This document shows positions 18,963 to 27,990 of a DNA stretch of 64,000 bases, in pieces (the stretch's first letter is position 1; each line of letters begins with the position of its first letter). Location of the stretch: the NCBI GenBank assembly GCA_037134915.1, contig JBAXLJ010000003.1:81084-145083 (forward strand), given 5' to 3'. Position numbers and translations under genes: made by a program. This DNA comes from Candidatus Falkowbacteria bacterium (GTDB taxonomy: Bacteria; Patescibacteriota; Patescibacteriia; Patescibacteriales; UBA12465). The notes under the pieces are model-generated. The model was given only the letters and a program-made list of their open reading frames with translations, was not told the origin of the DNA and searched no databases.

Positions 18963-20165
18963 CTATTTTTTATTCCTTAAAATCTGATTATATATTTCAC
19001 TGGTCATCCTGGCACATTCCCACCAGCTATATTTTTTAACTCGTTTAAGGCCTAAGTCGATTAAATGCTGACGTTCGCTTTCATTATTTAAAACACTTTC
19101 AATTACTCTAATAATATCGTCCTTATCTTCCGGATTAAAATATAAAGCGGCATCGCCTAAAACCTCAGGCATACTCGCCCGATCAGAACTAATCACGGGA
19201 CAATTATGGGCCATAGCTTCAAGCGGCGGCAAGCCAAATCCTTCATACAAAGAAGGAAAAACATAAAGCGTTGCCTCCTGAAATAAAGCCTCTAAATCAA
19301 CATCCGGAACATAGCCGGTAAAAACTACCGGACTATTGTGATTTTCTTTTTGCCACAAATTGTTGCTATGCGCTATTTCCTTAACCCGATTATAAAAATA
19401 ATCTTCTTTACCGACTAATACCAAACGCAAATCCGGATGCATGATCCGTAATTTGGCAAAGGCCGTAACTAATCCTTCTAAATTTTTGTGTGGGTAGGCA
19501 TTACCAACGTAAAGTAAAAATGGCCCGTGAATATTGTATAAGGCCAAGGTTTTTTTATTATCCAACTTAGCCACAAATAAAGAATCATTGCCTTTAGCTA
19601 AATTGGCTACGCCTTCATAGGTAACAACAATTTTATTTGCCATCACCTTAAATTGCCTCATTAAATCCAACTTGGTAAATTCCGAAACAGTAATTATTTT
19701 ACGAGCGTATTTAACCGCCGAAGAAATTATTAAACGATAAGCTTTGTCTTTTAACCAATAAATAAATGGATGTAAAGTTGAGGCTCGATGAGTGGGAAAC
19801 TTGGTCAAAATTAAATCATGAATTGTAACTACATAAGCCCCGGATTTTATCAAAGGAACATTAAAATGAGGAAAGTGCATTAAATCAAGCCTGGCTCGGC
19901 GCCACCGATAAGGAACTTCAAATTGTTCAGCTAAGGTATACCAACGCGATTTAATCAGCTCTTTACGAACGTTAGTGTTGGGGCAAATAAACTCATCAAA
20001 ATTATCCACCGATAGAAAAATAACATAATTAACAGAAGTGTCATTTGAAAGAGTAATCACATTATCGACTATTTCCTGAGTATAGCGGCCCAGCCCTTTA
20101 CCTAAAGGACCATAAAAACGAGCATCAATACCAATAGTTCGGTTTTTTTCTAAAGGAGTGTTCAT
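18963..20165 (-). CDS. Glycosyltransferase family 4
   Basis: IGIDAR, VTIHD, PHKN and [15 protein letters not shown]. Confidence 0.93.
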   Translation of the reverse strand: MNTPLEKNRTIGIDARFYGPLGKGLGRYTQEIVDNVITLSNDTSVNYVIFLSVDNFDEFICPNTNVRKELIKSRWYTLAEQFEVPYRWRRARLDLMHFPHFNVPLIKSGAYVVTIHDLILTKFPTHRASTLHPFIYWLKDKAYRLIISSAVKYARKIITVSEFTKLDLMRQFKVMANKIVVTYEGVANLAKGNDSLFVAKLDNKKTLALYNIHGPFLLYVGNAYPHKNLEGLVTAFAKLRIMHPDLRLVLVGKEDYFYNRVKEIAHSNNLWQKENHNSPVVFTGYVPDVDLEALFQEATLYVFPSLYEGFGLPPLEAMAHNCPVISSDRASMPEVLGDAALYFNPEDKDDIIRVIESVLNNESERQHLIDLGLKRVKKYSWWECARMTSEIYNQILRNKK

Positions 20166-20180
20166 GGAATCAAAAATAAA

Positions 20181-21683
20181 TTAAACAAAGGGTAAACCAA
20201 AAGGTGGCACATTATTTCCGGCGTCTTCTTTCTTATTAGGTTTCTGGGAATTATCTTTAAGGTCGCTACCTTCAACCCAAAATAAGTCATCATTATTATT
20301 GGAATCGGGTGCCTCCGATTCGGTTTTAACTTTTCGGTCTCTAAAACTGGAGTCGCCAAAAATATCCGGCGGCAAAGATTGACTGGAATTCTCTTCAAAA
20401 ATCGGCAAGGTTGAAGGAGCGTCCGACTTGCGGCCGGGTGCTTTTTGAATAAATGGTGCCTTAACATTGGCGTCAATTGGAAAATGCCACAAAGTAGCTA
20501 ATTCCTCAATATTCAAAACTCCTGGACTACGACCAGCGCCAGAACGATTGATATAATTTTCAATCATCTTATTCTTTTTGACAATTAGTCTTTTATCTTT
20601 ATTAAAATAGGCTGTTTTAGTAGCGGTCACATTCATATCCGGTTTTAGATTATTTAAATCTAGCGCCGCGAACTGCTTAACCCAGCCCACTAAACCACTC
20701 ACCACTTTAGCACGATTTAAAACTTCTTTTTTAGCCATATAAACGGCCCTCATTTTAAAACCGAAGCCTAGTTTAGCTGATTTCATTTGAATGGCTTCAA
20801 TCTGCTTCTTCTTTTTAGGCGTAAGCTCCATCATAGATAGAGTTTTTACTTCCTTGGGTTTTATATCCTTCCAAATAGCAAAAACGTGTTCACTAAGGTC
20901 GCCGAGCCAAGTCATAAATTTCGTGGCGGCGCTTTCGGTTTTAGCAATCTTGCCTAAAATTTTATCCACTTCTTTGTCGGAAGCTTTAACCCAGTCAAAA
21001 CCAATAGGAATCACAATAAACTGAATCCAAAGCTGTTCACCTTGTCTTAAAGAACTGCATAAATCCATCAGTGAGGCCATCGGATCTTTAAATTGCGTTT
21101 CTGATTCGCCAAACTTATGCTCAAACTCCTGATAGAGTTTAATTGGATAAGCTTCTGGGCTGCCCTGAACAAATTCTGCTCCCCAAATGTCCCATTCCTC
21201 ATCGGGAAATTTAGTCGGCATCCCAATTGTATAATCATCAATTTCTGAAATTTCTGCATCAGGATATTGTGAATAAACCGCTGATTCAATCAGAGATTGT
21301 GATTCGGCTGGGGTTCGGATAAGAAATTGCGTATACCCCTCCAAGGAAATAATTTCAAAACTAAAAGATTGTTGAAATTTACCCTCAAACCATGTTTCCC
21401 AAAAACTAATAGAACCATGGGCTCCGCCTAAATAGGTAAACAAATTCTCCACCGCCTTGGGTGATTGTTCGTTGCCTTTAGGAATATCAATCGCTAAAAT
21501 AACGTTCCTTAAAGTCGCGGCAAATTTTCCTTCAATGTACATTAAATAAATTTCTCTGACCCCCAAAAGAAAGACCACGGCGATAAACATCCAACCGACA
21601 TTAACAAAAAACTGCCAGGCCATATCGGCTGGAGCGGCATTAAAGAATTGGTCTAAACGTGTCGTGTTGATAACAATATCCAT
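20181..21683 (-). CDS. Conserved CPR membrane protein resembling the N-terminal region of CPR VirD4/TraG-like proteins (no ATPase domain)
   Basis: TM helix; IPKGNEQSPKAVE, SFEI, YSQYPDAEI, YPIKLY, DPMASL and LNIEELATLWHFP. Confidence 0.55.
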   Translation of the reverse strand: MDIVINTTRLDQFFNAAPADMAWQFFVNVGWMFIAVVFLLGVREIYLMYIEGKFAATLRNVILAIDIPKGNEQSPKAVENLFTYLGGAHGSISFWETWFEGKFQQSFSFEIISLEGYTQFLIRTPAESQSLIESAVYSQYPDAEISEIDDYTIGMPTKFPDEEWDIWGAEFVQGSPEAYPIKLYQEFEHKFGESETQFKDPMASLMDLCSSLRQGEQLWIQFIVIPIGFDWVKASDKEVDKILGKIAKTESAATKFMTWLGDLSEHVFAIWKDIKPKEVKTLSMMELTPKKKKQIEAIQMKSAKLGFGFKMRAVYMAKKEVLNRAKVVSGLVGWVKQFAALDLNNLKPDMNVTATKTAYFNKDKRLIVKKNKMIENYINRSGAGRSPGVLNIEELATLWHFPIDANVKAPFIQKAPGRKSDAPSTLPIFEENSSQSLPPDIFGDSSFRDRKVKTESEAPDSNNNDDLFWVEGSDLKDNSQKPNKKEDAGNNVPPFGLPFV

Positions 21684-21759
21684 GTTCTTATTTTATCATA
21701 TTTATCAAAAAACAAAAACGCCCCAAAGCAATTTTGGAGCGTTATAAAAAGAAATATTT

Positions 21760-22791
21760 TTACTTTTGCCAGCCTTTTAGACCATACATTCCGCGACCGG
21801 TTAAAACATAGCGATTATCCAGGATAAGCTCGTTGTGGACAGTGGCCGGATTGGCATTTTTACGATCGAATTTGATTTCATTTATCTTGGAAGCGATTTC
21901 TGTAAAATGCATCGGACGGTTTTCATTCTTAAGCACTAAATAAATCTTATCGTTAATGGTTTTAGGTTTAATTTCGTGAGAATCAGCTTCACCCCATTGT
22001 CCAAATTTATTTTGTTCAATATCTTTAACGGCCTGAACTAAAGAATAAATTATTTTATTAGAATTAATTATTTCCGCTTTATCAGGAAAGGTTTGACTCT
22101 TAAAAACCGGAGTGATATCAGTCTTGCCTTCTTGAAGTTTGGTTTGATTTTTGCTGTAAGTTTCTAAACTCTTAATTAAATCTAAAAGCTCTTCAGTCGA
22201 TAAAGTCTTTTGAGTTTTTTTGATTTTAACCATTAAATCATCGGCTAAATCTTCCAGATGCTTAGTTTCCGTATTTTTTAATTTGTAAGAAAGATTAAAT
22301 TTGTCAGAACCTTTAACAGTCTCTAAATCATCTTCTAATAATTTAGAAATTAAAAAATTAAAATGATTGCGATAGACTGAGCGAGTTTCTTCATTAACTT
22401 CTTGGTTATCAAAATTACCAATTTCCAAACAATAGACTGTTAAGATGTCAAGCAGATAATCACGGCGAAGCAAACCGCCATGTTCACCCAAAAGACCAGA
22501 AATTGTTTCCTTAAGAGAGCCTAAACAAGTTTCTAAATTTTCTAACTTTTTAATTTTACGAATACTGGCCACTTCTATCTGACGAACTCTTTCTCTGGTT
22601 AATTTATGCATCTGGCCAATTTTTTCCAAAGTTTCACCTTTACCGCCTTTTAAACCAAAACGACGAGACAAAACATCGCGTTCGCGATCTAAAAGCTCAG
22701 AAAAAAGACTGTTAACAATAGTAACAGCGTTAAGACGGGCTAATTCTTCGGATTTCTCCTCTTTGACCATGCGTTCTAAAACATTTTCCAT
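21760..22791 (-). CDS. Sigma70 region-4 HTH plus C-terminal HARE-HTH (RNAP delta-like) protein
   Basis: RERDVLSRRFGL..TLEKIGQMHKLTRERVRQIE; C-terminal PMHFTEIA...TVHNELI..RYVLTGRGMYGL. Confidence 0.8.
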   Translation of the reverse strand: MENVLERMVKEEKSEELARLNAVTIVNSLFSELLDRERDVLSRRFGLKGGKGETLEKIGQMHKLTRERVRQIEVASIRKIKKLENLETCLGSLKETISGLLGEHGGLLRRDYLLDILTVYCLEIGNFDNQEVNEETRSVYRNHFNFLISKLLEDDLETVKGSDKFNLSYKLKNTETKHLEDLADDLMVKIKKTQKTLSTEELLDLIKSLETYSKNQTKLQEGKTDITPVFKSQTFPDKAEIINSNKIIYSLVQAVKDIEQNKFGQWGEADSHEIKPKTINDKIYLVLKNENRPMHFTEIASKINEIKFDRKNANPATVHNELILDNRYVLTGRGMYGLKGWQK

Positions 22792-22892
22792 ACTATTTTA
22801 AAAAATATAATTTTCTTATATTTAATTAATTTATAATATTGCTTTTCTATATTTTTTATCAAAGCAAGAATAACTTATCATAATAATTTATA

Positions 22893-23876
22893 TTAGTCAA
22901 TAGCTTTTTTGTCGGCCCGAGTTACCTTAATATATTCCCTAATTTTAGAATAATTATTTAATAAAAATGGCTCAAAAAAGAGAGCATAAAGACCAAATAA
23001 TAACAACTTTGCCAGAATACGAACTTTGTTAGTTAAATTCTGTTTTGACCAAAATTTAATCATCAAAAGATGCTGATTCAAAAAAGACCAAGACCTCACT
23101 TGTCGGCTTTTTGCGGCGCGACTATTTAAAGCGGCCAGAACTCCGCGACCCGCTGCCGAGACACTTCGATCGTGATAAACTAAAGCCTCTGGAACTATTT
23201 TTGATGAAAAACCCGCCAAAAATAGACGATAAGCTAAATCACAGTCTTCTTTATACATAAACATCCGTTCATCTAGATAACCAGTTTTTTCTTTGACTCT
23301 TTCTAAAGCTGACATGCGGTAAAAACCAGCCGCCCCAGAGGGTCCTAAAATAGGAAATCCCTGAAACTGACCGGTATCCTCTAGGCCCTGGCCAATATCG
23401 ACAAATTTTAGCCCCGGAAGCAATGATAAGCCACAGGTATCTATTTTAGAACTTAGTTTCTGATTAACAAAGTCCCAGCGCAATATTTTCGGAGTAACTG
23501 AACCTAACATATTGTCCGAGCTTAAGGCTTCAACTAATTTTTTGATAGTTTCTGGGGCAATGATGGTGTCAGGATTAATCATCAAAAAGGCTTCCGCGCC
23601 CCAGTCTTTAGCCTCAGAGATCATCACGTTATAAGCTCTGGAAAAACCGACGTTCCCTTCTGACCAGCGAAATTTAATCAACTCTTCATCTTTATTAAAA
23701 ACGTTTTTAATATACTCCAAATTATAATTATTTAATTCTTCGCTGTTATCTCGAGCCAAGATTAAATAATCTTCAGGAGATAAATATTCTAAAGATTTAA
23801 AAAGACTATCTAAAAAATAAGGTAGATATTTAGCCGTATCCGTATTGTAAGTGATAAAACCAAGCGCAATTTTCAT
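22893..23876 (-). CDS. Glycosyltransferase family 2 (rhamnosyltransferase-like)
   Basis: DNS, NVGFSRAYN, INPD and FMYKEDCDL; directly downstream of rfbA/rfbD. Confidence 0.88.
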   Translation of the reverse strand: MKIALGFITYNTDTAKYLPYFLDSLFKSLEYLSPEDYLILARDNSEELNNYNLEYIKNVFNKDEELIKFRWSEGNVGFSRAYNVMISEAKDWGAEAFLMINPDTIIAPETIKKLVEALSSDNMLGSVTPKILRWDFVNQKLSSKIDTCGLSLLPGLKFVDIGQGLEDTGQFQGFPILGPSGAAGFYRMSALERVKEKTGYLDERMFMYKEDCDLAYRLFLAGFSSKIVPEALVYHDRSVSAAGRGVLAALNSRAAKSRQVRSWSFLNQHLLMIKFWSKQNLTNKVRILAKLLLFGLYALFFEPFLLNNYSKIREYIKVTRADKKAID

Positions 23877-23879
23877 AGT

Positions 23880-24605
23880 TTAAATAAGCATTTTTTTATC
23901 CAGCCTTTCTTTAGCAAAATTCTGAGCTCTTAGCAGACTTTCGAAGGTGCCGGCATCAAGCCATTCGCCAGGAACCATGGCCACCTCCAACTGATCTTTT
24001 AAAAGATAGGCATTAAGGACGTCGACAATCTCTAGTTCCCCGCGCCCACTCGGCCGCAAATTTTTAGCAATACTAACTACGTGATGATCGCAAACATAAA
24101 GACCGGTCACGGCGTAATTACTAAGATATTCCTGAGGTTTTTCAACAATTTTTTGAGCTTTTTTCGCTTCATCAAATTTAACCACCCCGAATCTTTCAGG
24201 GTCATTAACGTGCTTTGCAAATACTTTAGCCCCACCCTTAAAATTCTTAAGATCTTCTGAAAAATCATCCTCAAAAATATTATCACCCAAAATCATCGCC
24301 ACATCTTCTTGATCAATAAAGTTTTCACCAATAATGAAGGCTTGGGCTAAGCCTTCGGGCTTATCCTGAATTTCGTAAGTAAATTTAACGCCAAAGTCTT
24401 TACCGCTGCCTAGCAAATTAAGATAATCACCGGCTCGCTCCGGAGATACAATAATCAGAATTTCTTTAATACCCGCCTGAATTAAAGTATTAAGTGGATA
24501 GTAAATCATCGGTCGATTATAAATCGGCAGTAATTGCTTACTAGTTATTTTAGTTAGCGGCCTGAGTCTAGTGCCGCTGCCGCCGGACAATATAATTCCA
24601 CGCAT
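23880..24605 (-). CDS. rfbA: Glucose-1-phosphate thymidylyltransferase (short form)
   Basis: GIILSGGSGTRLRPLT, KQLLP, LGDN, EKP, RGELEI and WLDAGT. Confidence 0.93.
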   Translation of the reverse strand: MRGIILSGGSGTRLRPLTKITSKQLLPIYNRPMIYYPLNTLIQAGIKEILIIVSPERAGDYLNLLGSGKDFGVKFTYEIQDKPEGLAQAFIIGENFIDQEDVAMILGDNIFEDDFSEDLKNFKGGAKVFAKHVNDPERFGVVKFDEAKKAQKIVEKPQEYLSNYAVTGLYVCDHHVVSIAKNLRPSGRGELEIVDVLNAYLLKDQLEVAMVPGEWLDAGTFESLLRAQNFAKERLDKKMLI

Positions 24606-24616
24606 AGTTTTATTTT

Positions 24617-25465
24617 TTATTTTTTTAGATAATCTCTTAAAGCTTCTTGGTAAGGTCTTAGCTTAACCGCCTTAGTGTTTTTTAGAACCGAGAATTTAGG
24701 ACGACGCGCCGGGCGAGTTAAAGAGTCACTATTTATCGGAACAACTTCAGCGGAAAAATTTAGAATCTTCTTTAATTCCAAGACCCCTTGATACCAAGTC
24801 GCCGCGCCTTCATTAATTAAATGATAGATTCCAAAGGGAGACTGATTCTCAATTAATTTCTTAGTAGCTTCGGCTAAATCGGGTGTATAAGTAAAACAAC
24901 TAAGCTCTTCGTCAACTACTTTCAGCTCGCTTTTACCTAGAGCTAGAGAATACATGACATCAAAAAAACTTTTTTTAGAATACTCACTGCGCCCGGCTGG
25001 TCCAAATAATTTGGAGACTCGGATTAAGTAATAATTAGCCCCCGAAGACACAACCGCCGCTTCGCCTTGAGCTTTGGTTTGGCCATAAATATTAGTTGGA
25101 CTAACTTCATCATTTTCCACAAACTCCTGCTTGTCATGGCGACCGCTAAAAACATAGTCCGTTGAAAAATGAACTAAGGTTTTATTTTTAAGCTGGCACC
25201 ACTTGGCTAGCTGCGTCGGCAAATCAACGTTAAGTTTAACGGCCAAAACTTTCTCGGTCGCAAATTCTTCACATTTATCCACCGCGTTATAGGCCGCCGC
25301 GTTAATTATTAAATCTGGATTAGCGGCGATTAACTTAGCCTGTAAATCTGAAAAGTCCAAAAAATCAGCTTCCTGGCGATCCCAGGCTAGTAAGTCATCG
25401 GCCTTAAACACTTTAACCAGTTGTGTTCCTAAATTTCCTTCGGCTCCTAAAATAAGTATTTTCAT
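24617..25465 (-). CDS. rfbD: dTDP-4-dehydrorhamnose reductase
   Basis: GAEGNLG, NAAAY, STDYVF, YGQTK and ARRP. Confidence 0.93.
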   Translation of the reverse strand: MKILILGAEGNLGTQLVKVFKADDLLAWDRQEADFLDFSDLQAKLIAANPDLIINAAAYNAVDKCEEFATEKVLAVKLNVDLPTQLAKWCQLKNKTLVHFSTDYVFSGRHDKQEFVENDEVSPTNIYGQTKAQGEAAVVSSGANYYLIRVSKLFGPAGRSEYSKKSFFDVMYSLALGKSELKVVDEELSCFTYTPDLAEATKKLIENQSPFGIYHLINEGAATWYQGVLELKKILNFSAEVVPINSDSLTRPARRPKFSVLKNTKAVKLRPYQEALRDYLKK

Positions 25466-25471
25466 AAACTT

Positions 25472-25515
25472 AGTATAGTCTTACTCTTGACTAAAATCAA
25501 GAAAAAGCATAAATT
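25472..25515. promoter_or_regulatory. Overlapping divergent sigma70 promoters
   Basis: Minus strand: TTGATT-17-TATACT (rfbD). Plus strand: TTGACT-17-TAAATT (ORF at 25550). Confidence 0.6.
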
Positions 25516-25549
25516 CAAAAGAATTCCTTAACAATTTAATACAAACCAT

Positions 25550-26575
25550 ATGAAAACAAGAAACGCCAATGATTGGAGATTTAAGTTAGAAGAAGCGCTA
25601 TCAAAGTATGCCAGGAGAAATAACGACAAATATCTGAAACTCTGGGAAGATGCTTGCAGCGAAGCTCTTCGCGAGGCTGAGGCCAGTAATTTTAATTTTG
25701 ATGAATTACTTCTTTGGAAGCATTATATCCCCGCCAAATATCAAGAGGCCTTTGAAGTCTTCTTAAAAAAACAGGCCCGAGATGAATACCAAAGATTACT
25801 GGTAGCGGTTATTTTAAAAACTGGTTGCCCCGAGAGTGAAATTAGACAAAATTTAAAAAGCGCCAGCCTGGGATCCTTAGACAAAATTATTAAAAAACTT
25901 TTAGGAAATACCGGTTCCACTTGGCGCAATGAAAAAATGAAAATCATAATTAATGAGCGTCCGGATATTTTGTTTAATTTTGAACCTTCTTTTTTTGGCT
26001 CTTTACTAAACTGTCTTCAGGGAAGCAGCTATTTCGATAACGAAAAGATGCCCTTGCTCCTGGATTATTTTAAAAAGAGCAAGGAATTAAAAGCTTTCAG
26101 TCAAAAAATACACTTTAACTCGGGATTTCAAGACGAATTCAATAAAAATGAAAAAGTTCTAGAAACCTGGAACGCGCTCTCTGAGTCTGAATTTAACCAA
26201 GTTGAAGGATTCCAAGCTGAAGGATTCTTTAAGCGAGCTAAAATTTATTTTGATGCCTCGCCTTCATGGCAAAAAGATCTAAATAACTTTAAACTTTTGA
26301 CTACAGCTATTTTAGGCAACGACGAAGTGTTGAAGAAAAATTTCTTAATTGTGGCCGCCCAGAATTTTGGAGAAGAAAGCTTCCATTACCACGCAATTAT
26401 TATGACGCTTCAAAAAATAATCAAAAAGAAAATATCAGCCAAAGGCTCTTTTGATGAGTTATTTGAGCAGGCCAACAAAGGCTCTTTTGATGAGTTATTT
26501 GAGCAAGCCAAAATGCTGGATGTAAAAATATCCAAGACTCAAAAAACCATAATCAAAGCATTTTTAAAAATGTGA
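25550..26575 (+). CDS. Hypothetical helical protein
   Basis: 341-aa ORF with its own promoter and terminator; no motif recognised. Confidence 0.7.
   Translation: MKTRNANDWRFKLEEALSKYARRNNDKYLKLWEDACSEALREAEASNFNFDELLLWKHYIPAKYQEAFEVFLKKQARDEYQRLLVAVILKTGCPESEIRQNLKSASLGSLDKIIKKLLGNTGSTWRNEKMKIIINERPDILFNFEPSFFGSLLNCLQGSSYFDNEKMPLLLDYFKKSKELKAFSQKIHFNSGFQDEFNKNEKVLETWNALSESEFNQVEGFQAEGFFKRAKIYFDASPSWQKDLNNFKLLTTAILGNDEVLKKNFLIVAAQNFGEESFHYHAIIMTLQKIIKKKISAKGSFDELFEQANKGSFDELFEQAKMLDVKISKTQKTIIKAFLKM
26441..26512 (+). repeat. 36-bp in-frame tandem duplication (2 copies, 34/36 identical)
   Basis: AAAGGCTCTTTTGATGAGTTATTTGAGCARGCCAAM twice, encoding KGSFDELFEQAN / KGSFDELFEQAK. Confidence 0.92.
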
Positions 26576-26581
26576 CCAAAT

Positions 26582-26622
26582 AAAATCCCTTACCAGTTGA
26601 AGCTGCTCTAAGGGATTTTTTA
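26582..26622. terminator. Bidirectional terminator-like hairpin
   Basis: AAAATCCCTTA / TAAGGGATTTT between convergent genes. Confidence 0.65.
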
Positions 26623-26647
26623 TTTCAGCCGACAAGCATGAATAAAT

Positions 26648-27931
26648 TTATTTCCAACTCGCTCCTTGGCGAACTAAGAGTTCTGGGGCGCGCTCCGGTT
26701 CTGCCATAATACTTAAAACGACTTTTTCCATTCGCATTGATTGTGAACCTTTAACTAAAATAACATCGCCATTATTTAGCCTATTTTCTAAAAATTCCCC
26801 CGCCGCCTTAGCCTCGTTAAAATGAAAAATATGGTCTTCTTTTAAACCAGCTTCTTTGGCGCCACGACTGATAAATTCCGCTCGCGTGCCCACGGCAACT
26901 AAATAATCAATTTGACAGCTAGCGACTTTAGCCCCGACTAAAGTGTGACCCTCTTCGGTATAATCGCCAATCTCCATCATATCACCCAAAACGGCATATT
27001 TTTTTCCTTCTTTAGAAATTCTAATACCCGCTAAAAGATTTAGGGCGGCCAGACAAGCTTCTGGCGAAGAATTATAAGTATCATCAATAATAAAGGTATG
27101 GTTTAAACCCGGCAGTAAATTCATTCGGCCAGCTGGTAAATTAAAATCATTTAAAGCGCCGGCAATCTCTACTAAATTCAGATTAAAATGCAAACCGACG
27201 GCCGCGCCAGCTAAAGCCGCATAAATTGACGGCTCTGATAAAACATTTTTCATAAACACCGGAACAATCGCCCCACCATAACCCATTTTAAAATGCAGAC
27301 CGGATAAGTCATAATCACCTTTAGCAAAATTATAAGAGATATCTTGGGCTCGCAAATCAGCCCCTTCTTTTAAGCCATAAGTCATAACTTTAGCGTGACT
27401 TACTTCCGACATTTCTCGAGCTAAATCGTTGTCGTAATTTAAGACCGATAAACCGTGATTATCTACTCTTTCAATGAGAACTTGCTTTTCTTTCTTAATA
27501 TTAGCTACGCTGCCAAAATACTCTAAATGAGAGTAAGAGACCGCCGTCACAATACCCACTTCCGGCTTTACTATAGAACATAAATACGCCATATCCCCCG
27601 GACGATCAACGCCCATTTCTAAAACTAAAATTTCCGGATAATTTTTATCGCGAACTAAAATCGATTTCCAAGCTTTAAGAAAAACTAAAAACCAGCCGCT
27701 TAAAGATTTTCCGGCCGATTCATAGCCGATAATTGTTAGTGGCAACCCTAATTCATTATTATAGTTTTTAAAACTAGCCCTAACTCTGAAACGATTTTCC
27801 AGAACCTTACAAATCGCTTCTTTAGCGCTCGTCTTACCGATACTCCCGGTAATGCCAATAATATGCGGCTTATATTTGCGCATAATCATCTGAGCTAGAA
27901 TTTTCAATTTAAATTGTAGTATTTTACGCAT
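26648..27931 (-). CDS. murF: UDP-MurNAc-tripeptide--D-Ala-D-Ala ligase
   Basis: GITGSIGKTS, NNELGLPLT, LEMG, DDTYNSSP, LGDMMEIG and LVKGS. Confidence 0.93.
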   Translation of the reverse strand: MRKILQFKLKILAQMIMRKYKPHIIGITGSIGKTSAKEAICKVLENRFRVRASFKNYNNELGLPLTIIGYESAGKSLSGWFLVFLKAWKSILVRDKNYPEILVLEMGVDRPGDMAYLCSIVKPEVGIVTAVSYSHLEYFGSVANIKKEKQVLIERVDNHGLSVLNYDNDLAREMSEVSHAKVMTYGLKEGADLRAQDISYNFAKGDYDLSGLHFKMGYGGAIVPVFMKNVLSEPSIYAALAGAAVGLHFNLNLVEIAGALNDFNLPAGRMNLLPGLNHTFIIDDTYNSSPEACLAALNLLAGIRISKEGKKYAVLGDMMEIGDYTEEGHTLVGAKVASCQIDYLVAVGTRAEFISRGAKEAGLKEDHIFHFNEAKAAGEFLENRLNNGDVILVKGSQSMRMEKVVLSIMAEPERAPELLVRQGASWK

Positions 27932-27990
27932 AATTCCTGTGGTTACTCCTTATTTATTAACCTTAGAGCGAACTCAGTGAAGCGTCAAGT

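Noticed and set aside
26441-26512. 36-bp repeat as a possible CRISPR array
   Set aside because: Two abutting copies with no spacer, in frame within a CDS, and no cas genes.
27961-27990. GAGCGAACTCAGTGAAGCGTC segment resembling a REP-like fragment
   Set aside because: Single short copy with no stable stem or partner in the window.
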